A stretch of DNA of 64,000 nucleotides from the NCBI GenBank assembly GCA_030390025.1, contig CM059432.1, positions 76,448,001 to 76,512,000 on the forward strand, given 5' to 3'. Positions 14,219 through 26,671 of the stretch are shown here, in pieces (within the stretch, counting starts at the first letter, position 1; every line of letters starts with the position of its first letter). The notes under the pieces were generated by a model. It was given only the letters and a program-made list of their open reading frames with translations. It did no database searches and had not been told where the DNA came from. A program made the position numbers and the translations under genes. This stretch comes from Squalus acanthias. Its lineage: Eukaryota.

Positions 14219-14855
14219 AATTCACTCTTCTTCCTGCTCAGACTCTCTTCCACAAACAGTTTCAGCATCTGCTCCAGCCAGAATGCAACTCCCCTTTAAA
14301 AGGTGCAGGCTGACTTTAAGTACTGCAGGCTAGCTTTAAGTTGTGCTAGCCTGTCACAATCTTGGGCCCCCTGCTGAGGTGTGTAGCCACTCAACAGTGT
14401 GTTTAGCGCTGGCTGCATGCAGCAATCATGCAAATTAACAGGCAGAACAAAGTTGGCATACTGCCCTCATCGGAAGCAACGGGCACGGGTTAATCATGTA
14501 TCGTGATCCCCGTGCCCATTTTTGGGGGTTAGCAAATGTTGCCCCCTTGGTGTCATTAAAGGGGCACTAATACCTCAATGTGGGGTTGTTCAGGGCAGCT
14601 CTAGTTCTTGTCAGCAAAAGTGTGACACTGCCGGATCATCCTGTTAGTCATGATGGGATACCACCATTACAATAACTGCTTCATCTTCTGCAATGTGAGC
14701 TTATTTATGAAATGATCTTAGTGAGAAATAGAAACAAAATAAAAAATTTGTAGTGGCAGATGTGATTGATAATACAATGAAATCATTGAGCTGCCCTTCT
14801 GTTTACTTCTTGGCATATTGTCCTTTGAACTAACAACACTACCAGAAAACACCAT

Positions 14856-15021
14856 GGGGTAGGTTTAACTTTTGCCGCTGGACGGCAAACCCAGTGCCCC
14901 CGGTCAACCGCCCATTACACACCACGCCCAGTTTCCATTTTCACCTACTTCAATGGCAAGGGAATCCGGCCGAGTTGGATAATGGCCAATTTGTCTGGTG
15001 GTGACAGTTATAATCTACCCC
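14856..15021. mobile_element. Short Harbinger-type MITE (166 bp)
   Basis: TIR ggggtaggttt / aatctacccc with a CAT 3-bp direct repeat on both flanks and a central cttcaatgg motif. Confidence 0.7.
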
Positions 15022-15935
15022 CATAACCTGCCACTGGTTTCAAGGGAGCAAAGGTAGGAAGATTAGATATTAAAGGAGGATCTTCCCATGGAGAATATGC
15101 CAATTTGGACTGACCCCCACCCCCAAACCAGGAGAAAAATAGTGAGGCTAGTGCACAGAATAAGCAAGAAAACAATTCCTAAATAAAACCTCAACAGGTA
15201 GATTTTAGATGTGGATCTGATTCTTCTCAATGTTATACACAGCTTCAAGCTACATTTTAAACAGTTCATATAATGTACACTGTGATATAAAGACTAATTT
15301 ATTTACAATAACTTTAATTTACACTTAGAAAAATAGCTGATCAGAATCCAGCCAGATTGCAGTATTTTTCCATGCATTTCCTGTATGCCCATTATCAGAC
15401 TTTCATTGTGTTCCCAAAAAATACAACACCCTGCTCTTACCCTCCCCCCAAAAATACGATTGAAATCAAAATTCAACCACCTCAAAAACTAATACCAGTT
15501 TTCCTGGTTGGCCTTCCCAGAACCAATACTGTAGAATATTTTTATGGCCCTACAAAATGCTTTAACCCTTAGCATATTGCAGGCAACTTTACTCTTCCAA
15601 GCACACTCTGCTGAGGGCCAGTTTATCTTCAGAGAATAATGGTTGACATAGAATTTGACATAGTTGCATTACAGATTCCACCATATCAATCTCGAAAACT
15701 TTGTCACTCAATTTGCTAAAAATAAACTTTCTTTTAAATTCCACTCACTTCCAAAAACAGTAAAGGCAGAAGAATCAAGGGTAGTAAATTGTTCAAAGTT
15801 TTTTAAATAAAAGCCAAAATAGGTAGAAAAAAATTTATTGGTTAGAAAAAGAGTAAAATTAAGGTTGAAATAAAAAAGGAAAAGGAGGAAGAGAAAATAA
15901 GAGGAATAAGAGGGATGAAAGTGAACAGAAATAAA

Positions 15936-16688
15936 GGCCCCAATATTTACTGGGGCGGAATTGCCAAGCCGGTGGGGTGGGGGTGTTCGAGTTCTTGTCT
16001 GTAGAGTTTTGACTCCATACCATGCGTGTTTTCTTTTTAAATTGGATCCATGCCCGGAAGCAAGGCTGATTGACAGGCTTGGCTCCCTGTCGGGTGGAGA
16101 AGAGGCTGCAGAAGAGGCCACGAGGGGTTGGGGGGTGGGGTACAGAGTTATACACCTCCGTCAGTTTTCCTTGCCATTGAAGTAGGTGGAAATGGAAATC
16201 GGTGGCAGAGATGGGGGAGCGGTGGCGTGGGGTGTTCGATCATGAGGGTGGGTCCAATCGTGGAGGAGGGGTCCGAGAGCGGGAGCGTCCAATCGCGGGG
16301 GGGGGAGGGGGGGGGAGGTCCAATCGTGGGGTTGGGAGTGATAGCAGTGTGCTTGGTGGCCGGGAGGAAGCACTTACCTCTTACTCGAAGCAGTCCTTGC
16401 CTCCCTTTAGCTGCCAGGTTTCCCAGTGCCCGGGAAACCCGACCGGCTAGGTTTAAATTTAAAATGGAGATAAGATCTGAGGCACGCAGCCTCATTAAAA
16501 TATTTAAATGCCCAACCCATCTCCTGGGAGTGGGTTGGTTGCCTGCCCCCGCCACCACCCCCCATCCCAACTCCATTAAAACCGGAAGTGGGCGCGCTCG
16601 AGGCAGGTTGGGTTCAGGTTTGAGATTTAAAAATTTTTATGTCCCACCCGACCCCAACCCACCCGCTTTTGGGGGTTAAAAATCCCCT
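15936..16688. mobile_element. Non-autonomous Harbinger-type element, family B copy 1
   Basis: GC-rich. Shares ctgattgacaggcttgg, repeated gtccaatc, gcacttacct, gctgccag.tttccc and ccattaaa.ccggaagtgggcg with 16907-17683. Ends gggggttaaaatcccc. Confidence 0.65.
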
Positions 16689-16906
16689 CAAAGTGTTTAT
16701 ATTTTTAGAATTGTATTTTTAGTAGTTTAGAGTACAATATTACAGCATTAAAACTTTTCCTGATGTTTAAATACTTTTATTTCTGTAACAATACTATTAT
16801 TTTTAATGCGACAATGTATGAGTTGACAATTTACAGAAGTGGTTAATCCAGGAAGACAGGAATTTCCCTGAACACTGTTGACAGGTCTAAGGATGAATCT
16901 GTGAAA

Positions 16907-17683
16907 GGCACTGATTTTGACAGGGGTGGGTTGTGTAGGCGGGGCAGAAGAGTTTCGGACGGGAAACCCAGAAATCTGGGTTTTTCCCGCATGCTGTGGA
17001 GTTTGGACTTCACAGCGTACCTATGTTTTTGCCAGGATTTCTGCCTGGAAGTCAGCCTGATTGACAGGCTTGGAATCCAGTCGGGCGGGGAGCACTCTCC
17101 AGAGTAGGCCGCAGCCACAGGTAAGGAGCCTGCAGCTGCTACTGGGAGCATGTGGGTGGGATCCGATCTCCGACCCCAAGGAGGGGTCCAATCCCCGACC
17201 CTGGGGGGGCGGTCTGACCCCGGAGGCAGTCCAATCCCGGTGGAGGTCCAATCCTCGACCCCAGGGGATCTTTGTATGGGGGTCGGGGGAAGATGGGGGG
17301 GGGGTCCAATCCAAGGCAAGAGGGTAATCTGGGGGAAAGGGGGGTGGGGGGCACGGATATACTCCTGCTCCTCCTGGCTCACAAGCAGTGCTGCAAAGGC
17401 ACTTACCTTCTCCCTGAAGCTATCCTCGCCTCCCTTCAGCTGCCAGTTTTCCCACGCCTGGGAAACCTGGCCGGCCAGGATTAAATCAGAGACTGCCAGC
17501 TTCATTATAATATTTAAATAGCCAACCCGGCTCCAGGGAACAGGTTAGCTGCCTGCCTCCCGCCTCCATTAAACCCGGAAGTGGGCGGGTTGGAGGTGTG
17601 GTGGGGTTGGATTTGAGATTTTTAAAGTTTTAACATCTCACCCCACCCCAACCCACCCGTTTGTGGAGGTTAAAATTCACCCC
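16907..17683. mobile_element. Non-autonomous Harbinger-type element, family B copy 2
   Basis: Ends ggcactgatttt / aaaattcacccc. Collinear with the adjacent copy in the same orientation. Confidence 0.65.
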
Positions 17684-17996
17684 TTTATGTCAGAAAACAC
17701 GCTTCCTGGAGGAAGCCTTCCTGTGTGCACTATATGGATTAAAATTCAACCATGGTTTTATCATTTTGAGACACAGAGGAAATCTTTCCTTCTCCACCTG
17801 TATTGATGTTAATTTTCTTCATTTGCGCATATATCTCATCGTACAATGTTGTGTAGAAGACTTTGAATTTTTTTTTTAGGGTATGTAGAATTGTGAATAG
17901 TGAACAAAGTGTTGAACTGATTTATGCAAAGTGTGAGGATTTGTATTTGTAGAGGTGAAAACTGTCCAATGAACCCACTGCAGAGTTACATACACT

Positions 17997-18256
17997 GGGG
18001 GTAATTCTGGACGATAGTGTAAAAGGTGCGACATCGGCTTGCTCACCTGTTAAACACCTCTCCCGATTATTATTGGTTTCAATGGAAATGAAAATCAGGA
18101 CAAAGAAAGAAAGACTTGCATTTATATAGCGCTTTTCACAACCTCAGGATGTCCCAAAGTGCTTACAACCAATGAAGTACAAACGAGAGATATTTAACGG
18201 TTGGCTAAGCTAATATCGCACATTTTACACTATTGCCCAAAGTCACAATTATCCCC
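17997..18256. mobile_element. Palindromic Harbinger-type MITE containing a Deu-SINE tail
   Basis: TIR gggggtaatt / aattatcccc, TSD ACT/ACT, inverted arms gatagtgtaaaa/ttttacactat. Insert at about 18102-18180 is the reverse of the SINE tail seen at 37457-37520. Confidence 0.7.
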
Positions 18257-18816
18257 ACTGTGTGTGTGATATGCAGCCAACACATTTAAATAAAATAAGT
18301 CTAATTGTTATACACTTAAAAAGCAAGTCTCACCATCATCAGTTTTTAAAAAAATGAAGAGTTAAAAACAATTCTGATTAATGTTAACATCCACTTGTTT
18401 CTTCTGTCAATTCTAGCTTTGGATTTTAAATGCTTTTGATTAAACAGTTATGGTTGACTGCTGGTAACATCAGTGGGGAACTATCAGGCGATGGTGTCTG
18501 AAAGTGCACGAGATTAACACACACAGTTGAAAGACCTCTAAGGTAACCTATATTATTAACTGTAGATCAGAAACTACTGTGAGTGATGTATTCACGCAAA
18601 CAGTCAACCCATTCAAGTCAAATTCCTTTCCCCTCTATTTAAATGGAGGCATTAACCCATTTATTGTAAATAGGTTAATGCAGCAGTGAGTAAAATAGCA
18701 GAGAGGAATTTGATACAAACATGTTGATTTTTTTAAAAGAAAATACAGGTCACAGTGATTTCCAGGCTTGTACCTTATGGTGTTAGTTTAAGTTGCCTCA
18801 CACTGTCAGACTCACT

Positions 18817-19419
18817 GGGGTAGATCTTAACTTTAAATTGGTCAATCAGCTGGCTGCCTTGTTCCGGCAGCAAAGAGGCCATCGCGGTTTTGAGGGCTGG
18901 GCCTCATTTGAATTCGATCGGCGAGCAGCAGATGCCAAACAGGTGTCCAAAGGCAACTCAAGACTTCGGGCTCCAGGAATGTTGACCAGCTGGGACACAG
19001 GCAGCAGCTGCTGGTAGGTCCTGGGAGAAGGGATGGGGGCAGGGAGACAAGGCTGGGAGGAGCGTGCCTGGGAGGCAGCAGTCCAGAGTATTTTTGTGGG
19101 GCCTGGAGGAGCAGGAGTCTTACCTTTCCAGGGCCTCTTCGGCTCTATCGCCAGTGAAACTAGTGCAAAGCGCATGCTCTGACCAGTTCTACCCTGCCAT
19201 GGCAATCGGAATCCTATGCACATCATAGGACCCCAATTTGTATATTAAAAGGTGCGTACTGCCAGAAACTGGCAGGTGCTTTGGCCATCCAGCAGTAGGT
19301 CCCTGTGAAAATAGCAGCATGCCGATCGTCAGGGTTTTTGGAGCAGTAAGGCTATTGACTCCACTTTGAGGCTGGTACCGCCCCATTAACGCCAATTTCG
19401 GCAAGTTAAAATCGACCCC
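18817..19419. mobile_element. Non-autonomous Harbinger element (603 bp)
   Basis: TIR ggggtagatcttaactt / aagttaaaatcgacccc, TSD ACT/ACT. Confidence 0.8.
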
Positions 19420-20699
19420 ACTAACTCCTCCAAGCTAACTGCCCTGAAATGCAGCATTTAAAGAAGAACTTATTCAAAGTAAATCTGCAGAAATAGACAG
19501 GGAAACCCATAAAAATATAAATCACAATTCTTCACAACTTTTAGACTCATAGCCTGATAATGAGAACAGGGTTTTCTAGAAATGAATGGGGGAAATTTGG
19601 ACTTGCCTTTAATCAATATACATGAAGATAACTCTGAAATCAGCATGAACACTGACCATCAAATGGTGAGAAACAATAGGGAAGGAGATAAGCATAAAAA
19701 TTGGCTAAACACCAATAGTAAAATAAGAACAAAAGCAGAGATTAAAGAGTATTAAGTTAAATACAAAGAGAAAGAGAAAGAATATTTGTTCAAACTGTAG
19801 ATAGAAAATGGAATAATGAAAAAAAGAGAGGGAAAAGTCAGTAAAATGAAGAAATGACTTAGAGATGTAGATTTATTAACAGGGAAGGTGACAAGAAACA
19901 GTAAGGTTTAGTTAGTTACCTTTTGCGCCACTATAACTTAACCTAGAATATGACATCTGAGCATTTATAAAATGGAAAACTATCTGCAGCTAAGCAGTGG
20001 CACTTTGAGGCTCAAATCATTTACATTTATTAAAAGATTTGGGTTATATTTTCATTACTTAGAAATAAGTTATCTCATTTCTGCTCTTGATTAGCACCTG
20101 CTAACCAAAATAGCAGATGCTCCTGGGATTCCTCTTGTATGATTCATGATAATCTTGCCTGGCAGAAATCAGCCAGTCAGTGCAGACCTGTATCAATAGT
20201 AAGTTTCACACTTCTCAAGTAACCAGTGAGCTAATTCAACACTTCTTACAAATACGGGAATGAAATCAGACGACTCAAACAATACTTGTGATTTGTCTGT
20301 CCTCATTGATGAAGAGGGTCGAGATGAGTCGAGAGGTTGACCCATTCATCATGTTTGGTGCCAGTCTGCCTGGCTGTGGTTGCTGAACGCATTAACACTA
20401 GTTTAGAAACACAAGGGTCCTGAAAGGAGATTAGGAGAAGTCCCATGAATTGATAGTAGTTAGCAAGGGAATGCACAAATAAAATTACAAAAGGTTGCCT
20501 GCTTTTAATATGGACTTCACACTCTGGGCATTCCAAGCTTCTGCAGCAAAAGGCATAGTCCTGTACAGATATAGATATACAGGCCAGGAATCTCTCTTGG
20601 GGTAAACGGGGTTTCCACCAAACTTTTGGTGAAGTTATGGTGGTGGAGTGGGAGCAGCGCCGAGGAAACTCCTGACCACAAACACATCAAAAAGACAGA

Positions 20700-21035
20700 C
20701 ATTCTTGTCCATCAAGCCTACAATCATGTTGTACTGAGCATTATGATCTCCAAAGCCCCTCACCTACCAGCAGCCATGTAATCTCCTGGGAGAGGCATTA
20801 AAAAAGGTTTAAAAAAACCCTAGGCCAATAAAGAAATTCTGGGAAATTTCGCTACTACACCTGTTCCAGGAGACCACAGTGACCACATCACCCAACCTCC
20901 CATTTACCTTTTTGTACACTGTGATATCAGTCTCAGCCAGGAATTCGTCCAGCTTCCTTTTGAACATTTACAATGAATCCACACTCATTACATGAGCTGC
21001 AACTTGTTCCAAAGGTTGATGAACCTCTGTGAAAA
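20700..21035 (-). mobile_element. Old CR1 3' fragment
   Basis: Reverse complement resembles the CR1 3' UTR at 27640-27900 (ctcccaggaga, ggtctcct, tggaacaagttg). Confidence 0.5.
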
Positions 21036-21639
21036 GAAAGACCACCTGGCATTACAAAATGTATATGCAGAGGTCATTAATGGTGCTACAGGCCCCTTAA
21101 ATCGGCAGCAGGGTTACAATTTGCCTGGACACCTTTGGGTACAAGCTCCTTCCAGGGGAGTTCCTGCACCAAAGGATCGTTGAGGATATTATAACAAGCT
21201 GAACCCTCAAATATAGCTGGGGTCAGGTCCCTCTGGGTGAAGCTCACTTTGGGTGTATTCCACCTGACTTGCACTCAGACAGAAGTCGAGAGGAAAATCA
21301 GCTCAGATATTTTTTCACCACAACTATTAGTTGATTAGCTGAAGTCAGGTCCCGCAGTCTGCTTATCAAAAGTATCCATCATTTCCCAGGATGCATTTGT
21401 AGCATTTTTTCAGCCCAACTGGAAAAAAATATTTCTTTTCGTTTTTCATTTAAAATAATTGGAAGAAAAGATAAAAGACAAATTTGAAAAATAATCTTCA
21501 GGTAAAATGTGTATCAATTATTTTTAAAATAGGCTGTGTGCGCGTGTGAGAGAAAACACAGAGATAGGAATCCACGAAAGATGACAGGCCGTCCTAATTA
21601 CACACCAGTGACAGCTTTTGTTTATCTTCAAATTGCAAG

Positions 21640-22183
21640 GTAAGGAAGGCGGAGAGTGTTGAGTTGGGAGCCGACGGCGTGCGATATCGGCTGTACACCT
21701 GCGGCACCTACCCAACATGGCAGTCGGGAGGCCCGAACTACTTTCCCATCCGAGTCCTGGCGAGCTGCGGAGGTCAAACTCGCGCCCCACTGCAGCTGGC
21801 CGGTATGATGAGGAGGGAAATCGGCCGGCGACTGCATGTGAGGCCGAATTGGCGGGGGGTGGGCCCGAAAGAAGAGGCTAAAGGGGGGCGATCGAAAACG
21901 TTTCGGCAGTGGGCCGGAAGATTTTTGTAGTGCTCTGAGGAGCTCTTCATCTGCTACTGATCCACGAGGCTCGCCCGTTAGGCCATTCAACGCCTGGAGA
22001 AAGTTAGACCGGCATGTACTAGGTATGCTTCACACACCTCTCCTTGAAAGTTCCAATCAGGGTCCTGCAATAGGCGTAGAACTACGATTTGCATTATCTA
22101 AACCGCCTCCTGCATGATTTGTTTCAAGGCCTGTCTGAAAGTTGATTCAGGTGAGAAATGGGTGGCAGTTGAAAGTCTCCCCC
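21640..22183. mobile_element. GC-rich Harbinger-type derivative, left end not found
   Basis: CpG-rich island with gatttgcat and right end gttgaaagtctccccc. Layout resembles 18817-19419. Confidence 0.45.
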
Positions 22184-22849
22184 ATTGTGTCAATGTATAA
22201 TGGCATTTCAGTTTGTGTATATTTGAAAATGATTTCAATACAAACTGGACAATAAATTTGAGTATGTCTTCAACTAAACTAAATAAAAATCTATTAACTT
22301 AACTTTTTTACTTAAGGAAACATGTCAAGCTGAAAGAAAGAGACAGAGAAAGACAATGCCCTGTTGCTCTGTGCCTGAAAAAAGCTCATGCTATGGTCAG
22401 TCACAGGCCAATTTCACAAAGGGGTCTGAAACAGACATTAGGATCTGGATTTGCATATACAGTGGGCCTAACGCCAGTTTCAGACTCACATCCTGGACGC
22501 CTACTGAGCAGCCCGATCCAATATGGCGGGCAGCACACCTCTGCGTGGATTGATTGTGCATGAGCCACTCATCACATTAGACCCTTAGATGCCCATTCTA
22601 CGCCTGTAAAACAGGTGCAGCAGAATCCAATTTCTATGCCTTTGAGACCATGTTCCATCAAATTTTTTTTGTACTGAGCAGGCCACGAACTCCTTTGAGT
22701 GTGACCTTTTCATCCATGGACAACTTTTACAACAACAACAACTTTTACAACAACAACGACAGCAATAGCAACCATTTAAAAGCATATATACATTAATGCC
22801 ATGGTGCCACCCCACCGTCTCCAATCATGAGACAATCAGACAAGGTTCT

Positions 22850-23855
22850 ATACAAGCTTAACATAACCTCTCTGCTTTTGAAATCTATTCCTCTAGAATC
22901 CCAGTGCATTTGCATTTTTATGGCTTTTTTAACCTGCGTTGCTACTTTTAATGATTAGTGAATCTATACCCCCCAGATCCCTTTGCACCTCTACTCCATT
23001 TAGACTCTTAGGGCTGGATTTTGATACTGGGGTGGGTTGGGGTCGTGTCATCCGCATTTCGTGTTATCCACCCTGACTGCAATTGGATGTGGGAGATTGA
23101 TGCAATTTTCACCTAATTGGGCAATTGAGTTCCAGCATGTGGGAACCCATGAACCAATTCGTGTTTTCAGTCTGAAAGTCGCCTCTGATGATGTCATCAT
23201 TGCTGCTGCATTGAAGGTCAGAGACTGCCTGGCCTTTGCTGTGAGAGGACCTGGATGCAAACTGAGCAGCAGTTCTAAGTCTTGGGGAGAGAGAGAGAAA
23301 TTTTTGCATCCAGGTCCTCTCACAGCAAAGGCAGTCTCCGAAGACCTTCAATACAGCAGCATCAGAGGCGACTTTCAGACCTAATACTACTACTACCTTC
23401 ATCACATCTCTGTTGTAATACTGGACCTGTAGCTGATAGTCAGCTATCCAAATGTGCTCCCGCCAGGTTTCACAATCGTGGTTCAGAACAGGCGTGCTTC
23501 ACGTAGATCAAGGGTTAAAATCACAAAGCCTTTCAAAATGGCATTATAGAGCCAATTTAGTGCTTGTTAAGTGCCTTAACAGCCTATCCCGCCTCTTAAA
23601 GGCAGGATGGAGTCGGGACCAGCAGACACGATTTAATGAAAATTGCGTGGAGGCGGGATGGAGGCGGACTTGTGCCCGCCTGCCAGTTTTCGCAATTTTA
23701 ACCCCCCACACGCCTCCAAACCTGCCTCCACGGGTCAATGAAAATCCAGCCCTTATTTTCCAAGGTGTAGGTATTCCTCCTACCAAAATGCACCACCTCA
23801 CACTTATCTATATTGAAATTCATTTGTCATTTACTTGCCCATTCTGCAAGTTTGT
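22850..23855 (-). mobile_element. CR1 fragment split by a Harbinger MITE
   Basis: ccccagatccctttgcacctctactccatttagactctta|ttttccaagg is the reverse complement of the uninterrupted CR1 sequence at about 9373-9422. Confidence 0.8.
23011..23752. mobile_element. Non-autonomous Harbinger element with perfect TIRs (742 bp)
   Basis: Perfect 12-bp TIR GGGCTGGATTTT / AAAATCCAGCCC and TTA TSD (23008-23010, 23753-23755). The empty site can be reconstructed from the other CR1 copy. Confidence 0.92.
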
Positions 23856-24738
23856 TTATGGTAGAATTTATTAAAAGCTTTTAGTTTGTCATCTACAAAC
23901 TCTATTTTAAAAATAAAATTACTTGTCAGAAATGACTGGGATATAAAAGAACTGCATAATAGTGCATTAACACTTCACTCAGTTACACGGTTATGCATCG
24001 ACAAACAATCCAAAAGCCCATGGTGAGCTGAAAGAGATGCATCTATTCGTGCAATTAGTATTAATTTTAAAGTTTTCAACGTAATAACCCATCCCTCATG
24101 TCACTATAGCAATGGCTGCACAAGCAGCAGGAGCAGTGGCTTTCCTATGGCACTGACGTGCTGTACGTCCACATAAGTAATTAGAATATTAATCACAATG
24201 CAATCAGACAACCAACAAATATAAAGTGCTGTAGTTCTTTAGTTCACAGTATTAAAAAGAACTCAACTTCAATCACTTCCATTAATAAATGTTGTCTTCT
24301 TGAACCAGCACCACCCCCCCCCCCCGCCCCCATGCAACATGTCAGAAATGCAGCACTTATTCACAAGTGCAGAAAAACACATACACACTTTACATCACCG
24401 AATTAAAAACAAAAAGCAGGAAAAGCTATGATTTAACAGAAATAAACATTCATCTTTCTTCCAGGACAGGAGAACCAATCAGACTGACTTGGAAATGTTT
24501 ACTAATATGGTGATGTAAAGATGTTAATTTATGAATTTCGCTTCTAATGTTTTTCTCTCAAACATTCTCCACAATATTAATCCTGCTCTTATCACAAAAT
24601 GGGTCAAATTATTTTAGGTACTTCGCAATTAACTAGCGGGAAACAAACTTCATTGTACTCTCAATTTTTAATCTCCTATTTCAAATATTTATACCAAATC
24701 AAAATTGTACATTATCGGTTTAATCAAGTATTTTGTAT

Positions 24739-24925
24739 GGGGGCGAAATTCGGCACCTTTGCGCCTGCCATTAGCGCCTCCGGGGGACCGGCATTGCGCT
24801 CCAGTTCCTGGGTGGGAAGGTAAGGCAAATTTCACGGCTAGAGCGGAACTTCCTCGCCGGGCGCAGGATGTCCTGCCTCGCCAGCGTTACCGCCCTGAAA
24901 CGGGGTGCTACCGATTTTCACGCCC
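24739..24925. mobile_element. Short Harbinger-type MITE (187 bp)
   Basis: TIR gggggcgaaattc / gattttcacgccc, flanks tat / tac. Confidence 0.7.
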
Positions 24926-24928
24926 TAC

Positions 24929-25791
24929 GGGCTGGATTTTGCCTGCGCTCAAAGGGTGGGTTTGGAGGCGGGTCAAAGGGTAAAATAATTTTGATTGACG
25001 GCGGGTTGCGATCCCGCCATCAACCCGCCTCCAAACAATTTTCCCAAGTGTCGGGTCCCCGATTTGCACATGGACCCGACACCTAGCGGCGGGAAGAGGA
25101 TTAAAGACTCTTGATAGTAATTGATAGTAGTTGACAGGCTATTTTTAATTTTGCCGCTTCTGCCTTGGGTTTCCTGACATCCGGACACCACGCCAGGTAA
25201 GTGTGGCGTGTTGTGAGTCTGCTGTAATGTTTCTGGATTGATGACAGCTGCAGAAGTGGTGTGAAGGATCCAATGGTGCACTGGTGAGTCTCAGAGGTAA
25301 GAAAATGTTGGGAAATTCATTTTTAATGCATTTACACATTTCTTTAGGTAACAAGTTTTGAAATCCATGTTCAGTGCCACCTCATTGGGAGAACCTCTCT
25401 CACCAGTGACAGATCGCTTCTGTCACCTCACCTGCAGCTGCCATCTATTCTAGCCTATGGAGGGAGTCATTGGAGAGCCTGGGTGCAAGAGCTCACCTTT
25501 GTACAGTGATTGTCAGTGTTTGCAGCACCTCAATGCTGTCAAACACTGAGAAATCATCTGTCAAAAAAAAATTGTGCGTGGTCCCTTTCAGAAAACCAGC
25601 AGATGATGCGTCATCAAATGACGTCATCTGACCGGCTTCCTCTTAATTGGCCGGCAAGCCCGCAGGGCAGGCTTAACAAGGTCAATCAACGTAAAATCAC
25701 ATCTGTGGGCCGGATGCAGTTGGGGGCGGGACTGGAAGCCGGAAACCACCTGACCCGCACCCAACCCGCCTCCATTGAAAAAATCGCGGCC
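24929..25791. mobile_element. Non-autonomous derivative of the Harbinger element 2 family
   Basis: TIR gggctggatttt / aaaatcgcggcc. Left subterminal gggtttggaggcgggtc..ttttgattgacggcgggtt and right caacccgcctcca match both ends of 54658-61454. Confidence 0.85.
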
Positions 25792-26120
25792 TATGTCTTT
25801 CTCAATAAACAAATAATGGTTTCTTCTAAAGTAGCTTCCTGCAAATTTTATACATCATTGCATAACCCTTGTTTCTATTAACACTCCACTAAACGTTTAA
25901 GAGGAAATCTATATTTATATTATTCCTGGGACTTGTTAGGACTATAGAACAACAGACAAAATAAAATAGTTTGTGTTTTCCCCTATTTGGTTCTCTTCCT
26001 AAACTGCTTAATGATATATTTTTTAAAAGTCAATAAAAAGTAATATGTAACTCCTACAAATCCTCCCCTACCCTCCCCGTCCTCGACAGCATGGTTGCAC
26101 ATTTGTGTAAAGCTACTCAC

Positions 26121-26671
26121 TTCACTCGATCGCTCAAAATCAAATATTGAGAAATTACAATTTTAAAACATTTTAAGCATTTTGTAGCTTCTTTAAAAGC
26201 ATTTGGACTTCAAGATCTGGTTGAAACTTGTTCAGATGAGGGGAAAATTGATTATTGCTTGTTTCTTCCAAAATCATATTCGAAACTTAGGGGGAAAAAA
26301 GTGTTTTTAACACTCATTTTTTGTGAAAAGTTCATTAAAAATCTTTAAATTCTTTCAAGTCTTGTTGCAGCTTTGACAGAAGAAGTTGCTCCAAGTTTCT
26401 CTTTCCCTCTTCAATGCTGTTAAACATACAACAAAAAAATTAATAAAATAAACTCTAATTCCAAACGGAGCTCAAATAAGAAAGTGAATAAAGTGGTTAA
26501 ACTTCCTAAGAAGGTGGTGAGGTTATCTATCCCAGCTTTGGCGATGAGTTGGGATCAGTTTTGGAGAAGTTGTTTCCTCTTTTTCTGCTGCCGTTCCCTC
26601 TGTCTCTCACAGACTCTGAGGTACAAACGGGGGCACAAACTCTTTCACTCTCTCATAACATGATTTAAATA
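26121..26671 (-). promoter_or_regulatory. Candidate TATA promoter and non-coding first exon
   Basis: Minus strand: TATTTAAA at 26671-26664, purine-rich UTR-like sequence, consensus donor GAA|GTGAGT at 26121/26120. CpG-enriched unique DNA lies upstream (26.7-27.2 kb). I found no ATG open to the donor. Confidence 0.3.

Larger units (their letters stand above)
10276..14546 (+). mobile_element. PIF/Harbinger DNA transposon, full-length but decayed (element 1)
   Basis: Imperfect TIRs ggccgcaatattc / aaatgttgccccc with flanks tcg/ttg. Transposase on + strand and convergent Myb/SANT-like gene on - strand. Confidence 0.88.

Noticed and set aside
16128..17521. 183-aa and 220-aa GC-rich ORFs
   Set aside because: They lie within non-autonomous Harbinger-type elements, are Pro/Gly-rich, and show no recognisable domain.
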